Shown here: one piece after another, positions 49,350-58,593 of the stretch
Layout: each line of letters opens with the position of its first letter
Numbering within the stretch: the first letter of the stretch is position 1
Source: Macrostomum lignano
Taxonomy: Eukaryota
Reading direction: 5' to 3'
Length of the DNA stretch: 64,000 nt
Assembly (NCBI GenBank): GCA_002269645.1
Contig: NIVC01004004.1
Coordinates: 1 to 64,000, forward strand
Translations under genes and position numbers: made by a program
The notes under the pieces: generated by a model
What the model saw: the letters and a program-made list of their open reading frames with translations, nothing else
Database searches by the model: none
Told to the model about the DNA's origin: nothing

Positions 49350-50285
49350 TCAGCCAGCAGTGATCAGCATGTGGTCGGCCAGTACGGCCTGATCATTCCA
49401 GACTCCGGCACTCGGGTTGTACACGATTCTGGGTAGTCCGGTGCCGTTGCCGCCCAGGTTGGCCCAGGCGCAGATTTCGATCTTCTCCACCACGGCCAGG
49501 ACGCCAGAGTCGTCGTTGCAAGTTGAAAAAGTGGTGTTGATGAAGAATGTGCGATTGTGGTAGCTACCGGAGCCCACGCTGGAGGAGCCGATGATGGAGA
49601 AGAAATTGTACGACCTGCCGGGTAGGCTCATTTCCGGCTCGCTGCCGACCAGTCGCGACGGGTCGAACCAATTCATGAAGTTGAGTTCGGCAAAGCTCGC
49701 ATCGAACGCGATCTTGAGCACAGTTTTGCCAGCTGTGACCAGCTCGATGGACAGAGTCTTTGCTGTTATAAGTTTCACGAGATCCGACAGTCGGTCGAGC
49801 CAGCAGGACCGCCAGAAGGTCGCGGGAGGCGGCCCAACGTCCGGTGACATGAGCAGAGTCTCGTTGCACCCGTCCGGCTTCAGGTACGAGTCCAGCACTT
49901 TCACCTGGCTGCCGGAGCTCACGGCGAACAGCACGATTCGCGGCTGAGCCTTGGACACCGGCAGCAGCACCGTCTGCTGGTCGGACTCGTTCGCCCGAAC
50001 CTGGTCGCACCAGCTCAAGACGTCGCAGACTCCGGCCTGGTCGGTGGTCGCGTACCGGACGAAACCGGGCTCAGCCGCCTGTTGCTTGAGCAGCAGCCAG
50101 TTGCTCAGACAGTCCAGAAGGCTCCTTACCGGCTCCTTGAGCATCGATCGGCAGCCGGTGAGAGCTCCGGGCAGTGCCAGCTGCTTGAAAGTCTCCGAGT
50201 CCTGACTTGTTGGGTCTTCGCTGCAGACAGACGAGGCTGAAAACGCCAGCAGCATGAGGAGGCTGGTGAAACTCTGAGAATGCAT
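49350..50285 (-). CDS. Secreted protein, intronless, 311 aa: signal peptide, PAN/apple-like Cys region, uncharacterised C-terminal domain
   Basis: Hydrophobic N-terminus; C-terminal motif NWFDPSRL...FFSI.G...RTFFIN..FSTCNDDSGVLAV; GC-rich codon usage. Confidence 0.72.
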   Translation of the reverse strand: MHSQSFTSLLMLLAFSASSVCSEDPTSQDSETFKQLALPGALTGCRSMLKEPVRSLLDCLSNWLLLKQQAAEPGFVRYATTDQAGVCDVLSWCDQVRANESDQQTVLLPVSKAQPRIVLFAVSSGSQVKVLDSYLKPDGCNETLLMSPDVGPPPATFWRSCWLDRLSDLVKLITAKTLSIELVTAGKTVLKIAFDASFAELNFMNWFDPSRLVGSEPEMSLPGRSYNFFSIIGSSSVGSGSYHNRTFFINTTFSTCNDDSGVLAVVEKIEICAWANLGGNGTGLPRIVYNPSAGVWNDQAVLADHMLITAG

Positions 50286-51053
50286 TCGCTAGAGCTTCCA
50301 ACTTAAAACGTGCTGTTGTTAATCTTTTTCAGGAAGGAGCAAAGCATGCACTCAGGGAAAAAGAAAAGGGAGGATTCTCCAGTTTCGTATTTATACAGAA
50401 TTTTATACAAAAGAAAGGAGACATCATAGCATGCATTAGGCTTTGCTCCGATATCCTTTGGTTTGATTGACGTGCTTAAGCAGAGCGATTTGCATAAGAA
50501 GTAGCTGGCTGCTTTGTTGAATACGCATGAATAAAGTTTCTTTTTTGATAACGTGAGCCATTTCGATCTGTCAATAAAGTCTGTCAATAGTCTCACAGAA
50601 AACGCTGAATTTTGTTTTGAAGAGACTGAGCACCCATTTCTTCATGCAATATTTCGATTGCATTTATCCTTTCTTTAGCCACGTCCGGTCTGCAAAAGGA
50701 TAAAACACTGAACTACCAGCATATGGTTTCTTTGTCAAGTGCTTCACGTCTTTCCCTGGTATACTTTTAAAGCGTAGTCCAAACGGATAAAAAGATTCGC
50801 ATGAGTCGCAGAATTTTCTTTACTCAGACCGTTTCAACTTATGCAAAGGCCTATTCTGCAGAGACTCAACGCATGAAAAGTCATCAGAAGTCTTTATTTG
50901 AACTTTTAACAAAGTAACCAAATGGAAAAAAAATTGAATTAGCAACAAAACGGCACGAGCTATTAGCCAACAGGACTCATACGATGGACAAACATGTCAG
51001 TAAAGTTTCGTCATTGTGCGCCGTCTTCCATAGCGAACTGGCAGAAACTCTTC

Positions 51054-52190
51054 TCAGGCCAGCCGCAGCATCAACCGGATGCTCTTCAGCGCGTTCGCTC
51101 TGTCTGTCGTGGCACCCCACCAGATCATTGAGCTTGCATCCTTTATGGCAGAGAAACGGTAAATTCCGTTTGGATTCGTCTTTAAACAGTGTTTATACCA
51201 CCAGCCGCCGTAGCCATAGACTGCGGAACAGTGACGCATGCTGTCAACGTCATTGTCCCTGTCGAAGGTGGAGAACTGCATTCCCCGGTGATAAGTGAGC
51301 GAGTCTTCGCTCATATTAGAATTGCCAACCAGGTACGAGTCTAAGGTCATCTTGTAGTTGGCGCTGGCATCGCCCACGGTGAAGCCGGAGTACTCGCAGA
51401 CAAACAGGGCATCCGACCACGCGACGGCCTCGATTCTCAGAAGCCGCGGATGATTTCCACTCAATTCGTGGATTTTTCTCAGACCTGAAAGGCAATAAAT
51501 TTTAGAGAAAACTGAACCTGTTACTGGGAGTTCGGACTCTCAGGAAGACTGAAAATCATGATTCACTCGCCAATCCAGAAGTCAGAGCTGTCTCCGAAGC
51601 CGTTCTCGTACTCCGACCAGTTCCTGGCAAAGCTCACGCTGCCGTTGATTCGCTGCTGAATCAGGTAGAAATGTCTTCCCTCGACGATGTCTGGAATTGG
51701 AAGGTTGGTAAAACTTCATAGGTGTGAATTCTGATTCGTTTAAACGAGGTAATATTAGTTTTTAATAGCTCAGTAAATCGTCAATTTTGTGCCACTTACA
51801 AGGCTCAAAGGCTGACTCGTCAGCTGGTCGGCGGAACACCTGGCCGCTGCCACCAGCAGCCCCGAAGTCGGCATTCCACAGGGCAGACAGCAGGCAGAGA
51901 CCCGATTCCGGTACGAATGTCACAGCCGAGCAGACAAGGCTGCCCAGCCACTCGCATTTCATCGCGCAGTCTCGCTCGTTCCGACCCGACAGAGCTCTAT
52001 AGATTGAGCTGACTGTCGAGTTCAGAGGCTGACTGGAGAACTCTGCAAGAAGCGAGAGCATTTTCGCAAATAATCAGGGTTGCAGATTGCCAGAGTCAAT
52101 TACTGAGCAATTATTCATCTTACCGGCGGCAGTACAAACGGAGACTAGCAGAGCCAGATTCACAGTTGCCAACAAGCAGCAGCTCCACAT
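51054..52190 (-). CDS. Secreted PAN/apple + fibrinogen-related domain protein (FReD); exons 52190-52124, 52042-51800, 51690-51571 and 51484-51054
   Basis: Signal exon; PAN Cys pattern ERDCAMKC...CSAVTF...CLL; FReD motifs IQQRINGSVSF.RNWSEYENGFG, FWIG|LRKIH, FSTFDRDND, GGWWYKHCLKTNPNG. Intron 3 must be GC-AG. Confidence 0.92.
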
Positions 52191-52864
52191 GCAGCTTCAG
52201 TTTTGGCTCCTTTACGTAATTTTTATTGCTGCTTTGACGTGTCAATACCGTTCTAGTTTGAGCTTCGGGCTTATATATGCTGAAAAAGTCATCTTAAATT
52301 GCATGGCATCCAAATTAACCAGACGGAGGGTAAACATCGTCAGGTTGTTTAATGGAAGCGTAATGGGATGATGGAGCTGAAGAGGATGCTTCTTAGACCA
52401 CTTCAGTGAAACTTTGGAGGTGTTAATCTTGCTGTGTGGTCAGAATTGAATTACAGCTTATGACAGATGGACTGTTTACTCCATTTAACTTCGATCCCTA
52501 GGGTGTCTACAGGTAATTCAATGATAATGGTTCATAATTGTTCTTCAGCTCATTCAGAGTGTCAATTTCTGTGCATCGTTGAGCAAATTTGAGAATTTTA
52601 ACCTCCATTAAGTTCCTATTACTTACATATATTACTACATATTACTACATATTACTACATATATAAGACCAAAACTCCCTGGGCAATTAGTGATTCACAG
52701 AGTGATTGTAGTAAGCACTCCTTATTTATATTATACTTATTAACATTTTGACTGCTTTTAGTCTCTTCATCCCTTTCCAACAAGTTACGAAATATGCAGA
52801 AACTTGTTTTAGCTTAGAGTTTAGGAGCTGAGGAAATGCATGAGAAATTTTGCGACTGAATCCA

Positions 52865-53080
52865 GTAGAAAATTGTATACAGGTGCAGGTGTTATAGCTA
52901 CATGTACACAGTTGATACAGATGCAGGTGTTAGCTACATGTACACAGGTAACACAGATGCAGGTGTTAGCTGCATGTACACAGGTAACACAGATGCAGGC
53001 ATGTACACAGATGCAGGCATGTACACAGATGCAGGTGTTAGCTACATGTACACAGATGCAGGTGTTAGCTACATGTATAC
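52865..53080. repeat. Degenerate minisatellite (TGTACACAGATGCAGGTGTTAGCTACA) between the two FReD genes
   Basis: Direct reading of the sequence. Confidence 0.88.
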
Positions 53081-53541
53081 ACTGCTTTCTCTCGTTCCAA
53101 ACAATATTCCTGACGATGCGATGACCTTGGTCTTCGAAACGCGTCATAACAACCTACATGTTGATTTTCGGCTTCCACAGTTAGGGAAATTTTGCTGACT
53201 CTACTCACACACAGGTTGCATAGCCACCAAAATGCCTTTCTCAACCCGTCAGGTCAAGTACGCGACTTGTGCCTTTTAGGATTAAACTTGATGGGCGTGA
53301 AACGCACGAGTCTTAGGTGAATCCTATATACTAAAAATGTGATGTTTATATATATATATATATGATAGATTAGAGAAAAAATGGCTTAACCGATTTTCAT
53401 GAGACTTGCACTTGAGAAGTAGGTATTATGAAGTTCTGCAGCTGCATTTCCATCCACCTGAGACGCTCGTAGCGGACGATGCACCTCAGTGGTCTCACCA
53501 GGTCCTAGCCACTTATTGACAGATGAACAAAGCGAGACGAG

Positions 53542-53543
<2 letters not shown>

Positions 53544-53597
<54 letters not shown>
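53544..53597. repeat. (GA)n microsatellite
   Basis: Direct reading of the sequence. Confidence 0.96.
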
Positions 53598-53598
<1 letters not shown>

Positions 53599-53876
53599 GA
53601 GAGAAGTTAGGAAAGAAGTAAAATGGCTGCCAAGGGCAGTCAAGTACTTATCAAGCCTGAACGCACCAACGATTCATGCATTAACCAGTCATGCAAAAAA
53701 TGTATTTCCGCCGATGACTCCATGCATTAAGCATTGTTTTCATGCATTCATGAGGCAGAGGAAAGAGGATGATTAGGCAATAAAATTATTGTCAATTGTT
53801 TGCTTCAGACATAAAAGTCAGGTAGAATCGCAATTTTTGTCAGGTGAGGGACTGACGGCTCCGAACGCATATCGAT

Positions 53877-54822
53877 ATGGACAGCAGGCTGTTGACGGTG
53901 GTAGCTGCGCTATCGCTGCTTGTCACCGCCTCTGCTGCAGCTGGTATGTCATTAAAATTGACTGAGTATCGCCCAATCACGAGCCAAATTCTTAAGAATT
54001 ACCCTCGTACATGTACACGGTAGTACACCTAAACTTAATTCCAGAATTCTCGATTCAGCCAGTGCAACCAGTAGCAATCTCAGGGCACAGGACTTTTCCC
54101 GGTCTAAACGAGAGAGACTGCGCGATGAGGTGCGAATCGCTCGGCCTGCTCTGCTCGGTTGTTGCATTCGTGCGGGAATCCGGTCTCTGCCTGCTGTCTG
54201 CCATCCGGAATGCCAGCTTCGGAGCTGCTGCTGGCAGCGGCCAGGTGTTTCGCCGATCCGGCAGCGGGCTGAGTTTTGAGCCGTGTGAGTCGGAATTCGG
54301 TTGATAGGGTTTTATGGTAATGCCGCCCGGCCCTAGGCAATGATAAACATTTTACCTGTAGCTGGTAAACATCTTTTTTTGAGATGAAAAGTCATAACTG
54401 GAAGGACGCTACCTCGAACATCAGAAAATTTAATTGGGAGGTCTACGCTGCGACATGCATTAGCAATATAAGCTTTTGCAGCGTTTTATCAGCACTAAAT
54501 TTGCAGTAACTCACTTTCTGAACTTTCCCTGCAGTCCTGCAGTAACAGAGGAACCTGTCATGTATTTTGTCCTCCGACGCTGATTCAAACATTTAATCGA
54601 AGATTGACAAAAGACAAAATAAAAAACACCAATAGTTATTAATTTTTAGTGCATTATGTACGATTCTTAATTTCAGAATAAATCTGTACCAAACTTAATC
54701 AGATATTGTGGACGGCAGGACGTTCTGGGTGTTCTTGAAACGCGTTCTGGGCAATTTGAGCTTTGCTAAGACCTGGTCTGAATACGAAAATGGATTTAGT
54801 GATGGAATCGACTTCTGGATTG
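53877..54822 (+). pseudogene. Second PAN-FReD paralog, exons 1-3 only (53877-53943, 54045-54284, 54703-54822), interrupted by the Polinton
   Basis: Exon sizes 67/240/120 nt versus 67/243/120 nt in the minus-strand paralog. Exon 3 ends at DFWIG|GTAAGT. The last exon is not in the window. Confidence 0.85.
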
Positions 54823-54825
54823 GTA

Positions 54826-55083
54826 AGTAGTATAGAAAAAGACGCTTCTAGACCCAGAGCACTTTTTTAATGCCCGTTTTAAGGGTCTAGAGGGGGGACA
54901 CGGGGGGTAAATAAAAAAACACATCTAAACACCATTAATACATCTAATCACCCATAATCACCCCTAACAATAAAAATCACTTCCAAACACTCCCCAACAC
55001 CCCCCTCGCGTCCCCCCTCTTAAGACCTTACAAACGGCCATTAAAATAAGGTCTGATCTAGAAGCGTCTTTTTCTATACTACT
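54826..55083. repeat. Terminal fold-back: perfect 27-bp inverted repeat, extending imperfectly to ~85 bp
   Basis: AGTAGTATAGAAAAAGACGCTTCTAGA (54826-54852) is the exact reverse complement of 55057-55083. Confidence 0.95.
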
Positions 55084-55140
55084 ACTCTATAACCCCTTGC
55101 CCGCGCCGCAGGCGCGAAGGGTCTTTTTCTGTTACTAAAA

Positions 55141-55455
55141 ATGACCCGAGTTTACACCTTTTCTGTTAGTGATACTTTTGAGACTGTTGCTAAAAATGCA
55201 GAGATAATAAAACAACATATTTTGAATGGAATAATTGATGAAGTTTATTTAAAATATGACGACAAGCATGACCTAAAACTTTATCCATTAGAGCTAGATG
55301 AGATGTATGATTTAGAACAAGAGGGTGAGTTAATATTTCAACTTGGAGATTATTTAAATTCGGATGATTGGGAGGTTAGATCAACAGATTCCGAATCAAC
55401 AAATAGTTCATATGAAACCAGCGATTCAGAGAATGAAAGTGAAATTTTTATGTGA
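55141..55455 (+). CDS. Polinton hypothetical acidic protein, 104 aa
   Basis: ORF with AAAAATG start context like the other element genes; no recognisable motif. Confidence 0.55.
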   Translation: MTRVYTFSVSDTFETVAKNAEIIKQHILNGIIDEVYLKYDDKHDLKLYPLELDEMYDLEQEGELIFQLGDYLNSDDWEVRSTDSESTNSSYETSDSENESEIFM

Positions 55456-55471
55456 AAAAAATATTTAAAAA

Positions 55472-55696
55472 ATGAATTATTATTCTATAACAGAAACGAC
55501 TTTTATTATGAAAAATATATATAAAAAAATGAAGGTAAACTATTCCTATATCGGAAATGTTCCAATTAATGAACTTAATGAAAATTTAAGTCTAATCACT
55601 GTTGAACAAATGTCAATAATAATATTAGTAACAATTATTGTAATAATATTGTTTTTGTTTGTAATAAAAAATTTACTACCATGTTGTCTTAAGTAA
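55472..55696 (+). CDS. Polinton small protein with C-terminal transmembrane helix, 74 aa
   Basis: Hydrophobic stretch IIILVTIIVIILFLFVI; AAAAATG start context. Confidence 0.55.
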   Translation: MNYYSITETTFIMKNIYKKMKVNYSYIGNVPINELNENLSLITVEQMSIIILVTIIVIILFLFVIKNLLPCCLK

Positions 55697-55706
55697 CTGT
55701 TTGAAC

Positions 55707-56684
55707 TTAGTTCGCAGACATTATCTGGTTCTCATAAAAAGAACCCAATATTTCTTCACCGTCCTTATCAGCAATTATATAGGTTGTAGGATTGGTATTT
55801 AAAACTTTACTGATAGTAAATTTCTCACTTATCTTCCAATATCCTTTTCTTCCTTTTTCAAACTTATCTTTCCATTTATAGATATAAACAGAATCACCAA
55901 CCTTAAAACCTTTAGTTTTCTTTTTTTCAAAATCTCCAAAAGTAACCTTAACATTTTCAGGTTTGTTATAAGCTTGTTGAGGAGCCATCTTTATGGCCGA
56001 ATGATATGAATTGTTATAATCTTTTACAACGTCTGGTAATATTTTTACCCATTTTTGGTTTCCATTAAGACTAAACTGAAACCACAATTTCTTACCTAAA
56101 GTTCGATTAAATCTTTCTATTAATGCGTTTTTACTCTCTCCATAAATAGAATAAATTTTATTAATATACTCCCCATTCGCGTCCTTTTTCCTTTCTTGTC
56201 CTTTTTCAAAATGATACAATTTATACATATGAGGATTGTAAAATTCTTTTCCTTCATCAACACACAACCGGTTGCTTTTTTCATCAAGGCTTCTAAAAGC
56301 AGCAGCAACCTCCTCTCCTTTTTTGGATTTTAAAGGAATTGCCCACGCGTATCGAGTAAAACCATCTAATATGGTTAAAATATATTTATATCCTTTATCG
56401 ATCGGCATAGACATTAAATCAGCATACCAAATTTCGTTCTTTTTGAAGTTCATGATTTTTCTATAAAATTTAGGTTTTCGATATTCTTTATGAAGAATCT
56501 TTGCCTCATCAGAACTTAACCCACCGCCACTTAACAACAAACACTCAACACAATTATTTCCATGTTGATTATAATTAATTCCCAAACCAAATTTAACTTT
56601 AGATTGTAGAATCTTTTTAACCATCCACCTAGTTAATTTTTGACCTACCGATAATCCCTGCAAGTTATCTAATCCTTGAATCAT
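55707..56684 (-). CDS. Retroviral-type (rve) integrase of Polinton class; the N-terminal part of this frame is the PLA2 C-terminus
   Basis: DDE motifs WYADLM...YILTILDGF, LCVDEGKEF and IERFNRTL, plus a C-terminal chromo-like YENQI region. Confidence 0.93.
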   Translation of the reverse strand: MIQGLDNLQGLSVGQKLTRWMVKKILQSKVKFGLGINYNQHGNNCVECLLLSGGGLSSDEAKILHKEYRKPKFYRKIMNFKKNEIWYADLMSMPIDKGYKYILTILDGFTRYAWAIPLKSKKGEEVAAAFRSLDEKSNRLCVDEGKEFYNPHMYKLYHFEKGQERKKDANGEYINKIYSIYGESKNALIERFNRTLGKKLWFQFSLNGNQKWVKILPDVVKDYNNSYHSAIKMAPQQAYNKPENVKVTFGDFEKKKTKGFKVGDSVYIYKWKDKFEKGRKGYWKISEKFTISKVLNTNPTTYIIADKDGEEILGSFYENQIMSAN

Positions 56685-56710
56685 TTTTTGATCGGCTTCA
56701 TGTTTTAATC

Positions 56711-57316
56711 TTAATGCTTCCTCGGCGGGTTCTTGTCAGCATCTCTATATGCTAAGTCGTGATAGTATGCTAACCAATCAATCCCATTTATTGGAATTGA
56801 ATCAGATTTTGGAGTATTGTCAGGATTTAATCTCAAATCTAAGCGAGTGCCGGGTAGTTTACCCTCAATCTTTCGAAAGAGGCTGGAGCACACCTTAAGC
56901 GGCGATAATTACCGCCCATCTCCGTCTGCTCTCTGAACCTTCTCCTTATATTTAAAATACTTAGGAGCTTGGCTGCGCATTGCCACCGTGTCTTCAAGCT
57001 TTTTACCTTTGGGAAGAGGAGTTACCTCTGTTCCTTCAAAAGATTTCTCAATTGAAGTGGTACTTGAAGCTGTATGACGGGTTTCACGCAATTTGGAGAT
57101 GTCGCCACAAATAGTGACTAGCAAGGACATTGCCTTCCTCACTCAGGCCACGGGTTAACCTGTGAAGTTCATTGATGGTAGGTGTAGCTCACCCGTATAC
57201 CTCCCAGTAGTAAATATTGGTGGTAAGCTTGTTAATCCTTTTTGAACATCTAAAAATCCTCCTTCAAATACTAATTGATCGAACCTACGGTTCGCGAACT
57301 TCGTTCGGTTGCTCAT
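56711..57316 (-). CDS. Parvovirus-VP1-like phospholipase A2 domain, split by a group I intron; exons 57316-57158 and 56854-~56730, then a 1-nt frameshift into the integrase frame
   Basis: The spliced product reads GELHLPSMNFTG|PGTRLDLRL...PINGIDWLAYYHDLAY (Ca-loop GPG and catalytic HD), continuing in the other frame as RLKHEADQKM...KVKFGLG. Confidence 0.88.
56855..57157 (-). ncRNA. Group I intron (IC1-type fold), 303 nt, no internal ORF
   Basis: P AAATTGCGTGAAA (57094-57082); Q GCAATGCGCAGCCAAG (56983-56968); R GTTCAGAGAGCAGA (56938-56925); S TTAAGGTGTGCTCC (56898-56885). P7 GAGAGCA/TGCTCC; P3 ATCTCC/GGAGAT; P1 exon CAGGU with IGS GCCUG (U-G pair at the splice site); P5abc with GAAA loop. 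Confidence 0.92.
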
Positions 57317-57866
57317 TTTTAATAGCCATAAAAATACATGATAGCACCAATTGTTTTGCAAACTCTTCGATAGTTGGTTGTTTAACTTTTTTATAGCGAT
57401 TATCTACGCTAGTTAAGTATCTTTTATTTCTCCAATTTTCAGACTTTTTAATCTGATCATCGTCTTTGTAACTAAATGAAGAAGCGGGGATGAAATGATC
57501 AATATCTAACTTTCCAGTATAATCTTTTGATACATAATAATTTCTTGTGAAATTTAACCAATCAAAAAAGAATTCTTTTGTGCAACCAAGATATGAGATA
57601 TAGTCCTTGTCATTAAAATTTTTCAACGCCCAATTTATTCTATTTCTAATTAAAACAATATGTTTGTAATTATCATCAGTGTGATACTTATTTTTTCTAT
57701 ATTCATTCCATTTATCTTTATTGTTTTTTATCCAAATAGCAGATGAGGTATTATGACAAGATCGACAATCATTTCTAAATTTTTTTGAATCATTTCTCCA
57801 AAAATAAAATTCTTTTGTCATCGGTTTTTCTTGTTTACACTTAGTACAAATCTTATTAGTTTCCAT
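57285..57866 (-). CDS. HNH-family endonuclease with N-terminal CxxC...CxxC zinc finger, 193 aa
   Basis: CTKC...CRSC; YLGCTKEFF; LDIDHFIPASSF...WRNKRYL...DNRYK follows the viral DHxxP...N...N pattern. Confidence 0.78.
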   Translation of the reverse strand: METNKICTKCKQEKPMTKEFYFWRNDSKKFRNDCRSCHNTSSAIWIKNNKDKWNEYRKNKYHTDDNYKHIVLIRNRINWALKNFNDKDYISYLGCTKEFFFDWLNFTRNYYVSKDYTGKLDIDHFIPASSFSYKDDDQIKKSENWRNKRYLTSVDNRYKKVKQPTIEEFAKQLVLSCIFMAIKNEQPNEVREP

Positions 57867-57893
57867 TTTATAAAAAATAAATTTACCAATTAA

Positions 57894-58559
57894 TTAAACA
57901 CCAGTATGTCCAGCAGCTTTCGCAGCAGCTAAAACAAGTTTTCGTGGTGTTTTAAATCCATCACCAACAGCTGGTTTGTTATTTATAGAATTAACAATCC
58001 TTTTATACAAGCTGGTATTTTTAACAGCTCCTCCTAACTCATCATAAAAAATTCTAGCACTTATTAATTCATCCCTAGTATATAAATCAGGGTTAAACTT
58101 TACCCTAGGGTTCATAACAATATTATATGCTCCACCCAATTCTCTATATAGTTCATTTCGATTTTTATCAACTCCACCAATTCGATAATTATTATTACCT
58201 AAATCTGTCGCAGCAATACTAGCTGGTACTCTTGGATATTGTTCCCGATCGCCCCGCTCTGCACGTCTAATCTCTGCAATTCTCAATTGTGCTTGATCAA
58301 CATCATAAGCAGGCGGCTCATCTAAAATTTCATCCTCTTTTGGCTCCGTATTTTTAGCAATTTTTTCCAGAAGATCTTTATCTGTTTTTTCTAGTTCACT
58401 AATTTTCCCAGTAATAGGATTAACAAAAGGAGCAGCAAATCTTTCGCCAGCTAATTGTATTCCTAACTTTCTTTTTTGTAAATTTCTAACAAAATCAGAA
58501 TATCTTTGCTTCTCTTTATAAATCGCTAACTCTCCATCAACGTCCATAAATTGACTCAT
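57894..58559 (-). CDS. Polinton hypothetical protein, 221 aa
   Basis: Intact ORF, divergently transcribed from the capsid gene; predicted helical N-terminus. Confidence 0.7.
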   Translation of the reverse strand: MSQFMDVDGELAIYKEKQRYSDFVRNLQKRKLGIQLAGERFAAPFVNPITGKISELEKTDKDLLEKIAKNTEPKEDEILDEPPAYDVDQAQLRIAEIRRAERGDREQYPRVPASIAATDLGNNNYRIGGVDKNRNELYRELGGAYNIVMNPRVKFNPDLYTRDELISARIFYDELGGAVKNTSLYKRIVNSINNKPAVGDGFKTPRKLVLAAAKAAGHTGV

Positions 58560-58593
58560 TTTTTAACATAAAAAACTTTTTTAACTTAAAAAA

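Noticed and set aside
56855-57160. The 303-nt insert as a piggyBac MITE (TTAA-CCC start) or as a spliceosomal intron (ACAG|GT...GAG)
   Set aside because: There is no TTAA duplication or TIR at the other end. GT-AG splicing gives an immediate stop (GGG TAA). The group I fold explains nearly every segment of the insert.
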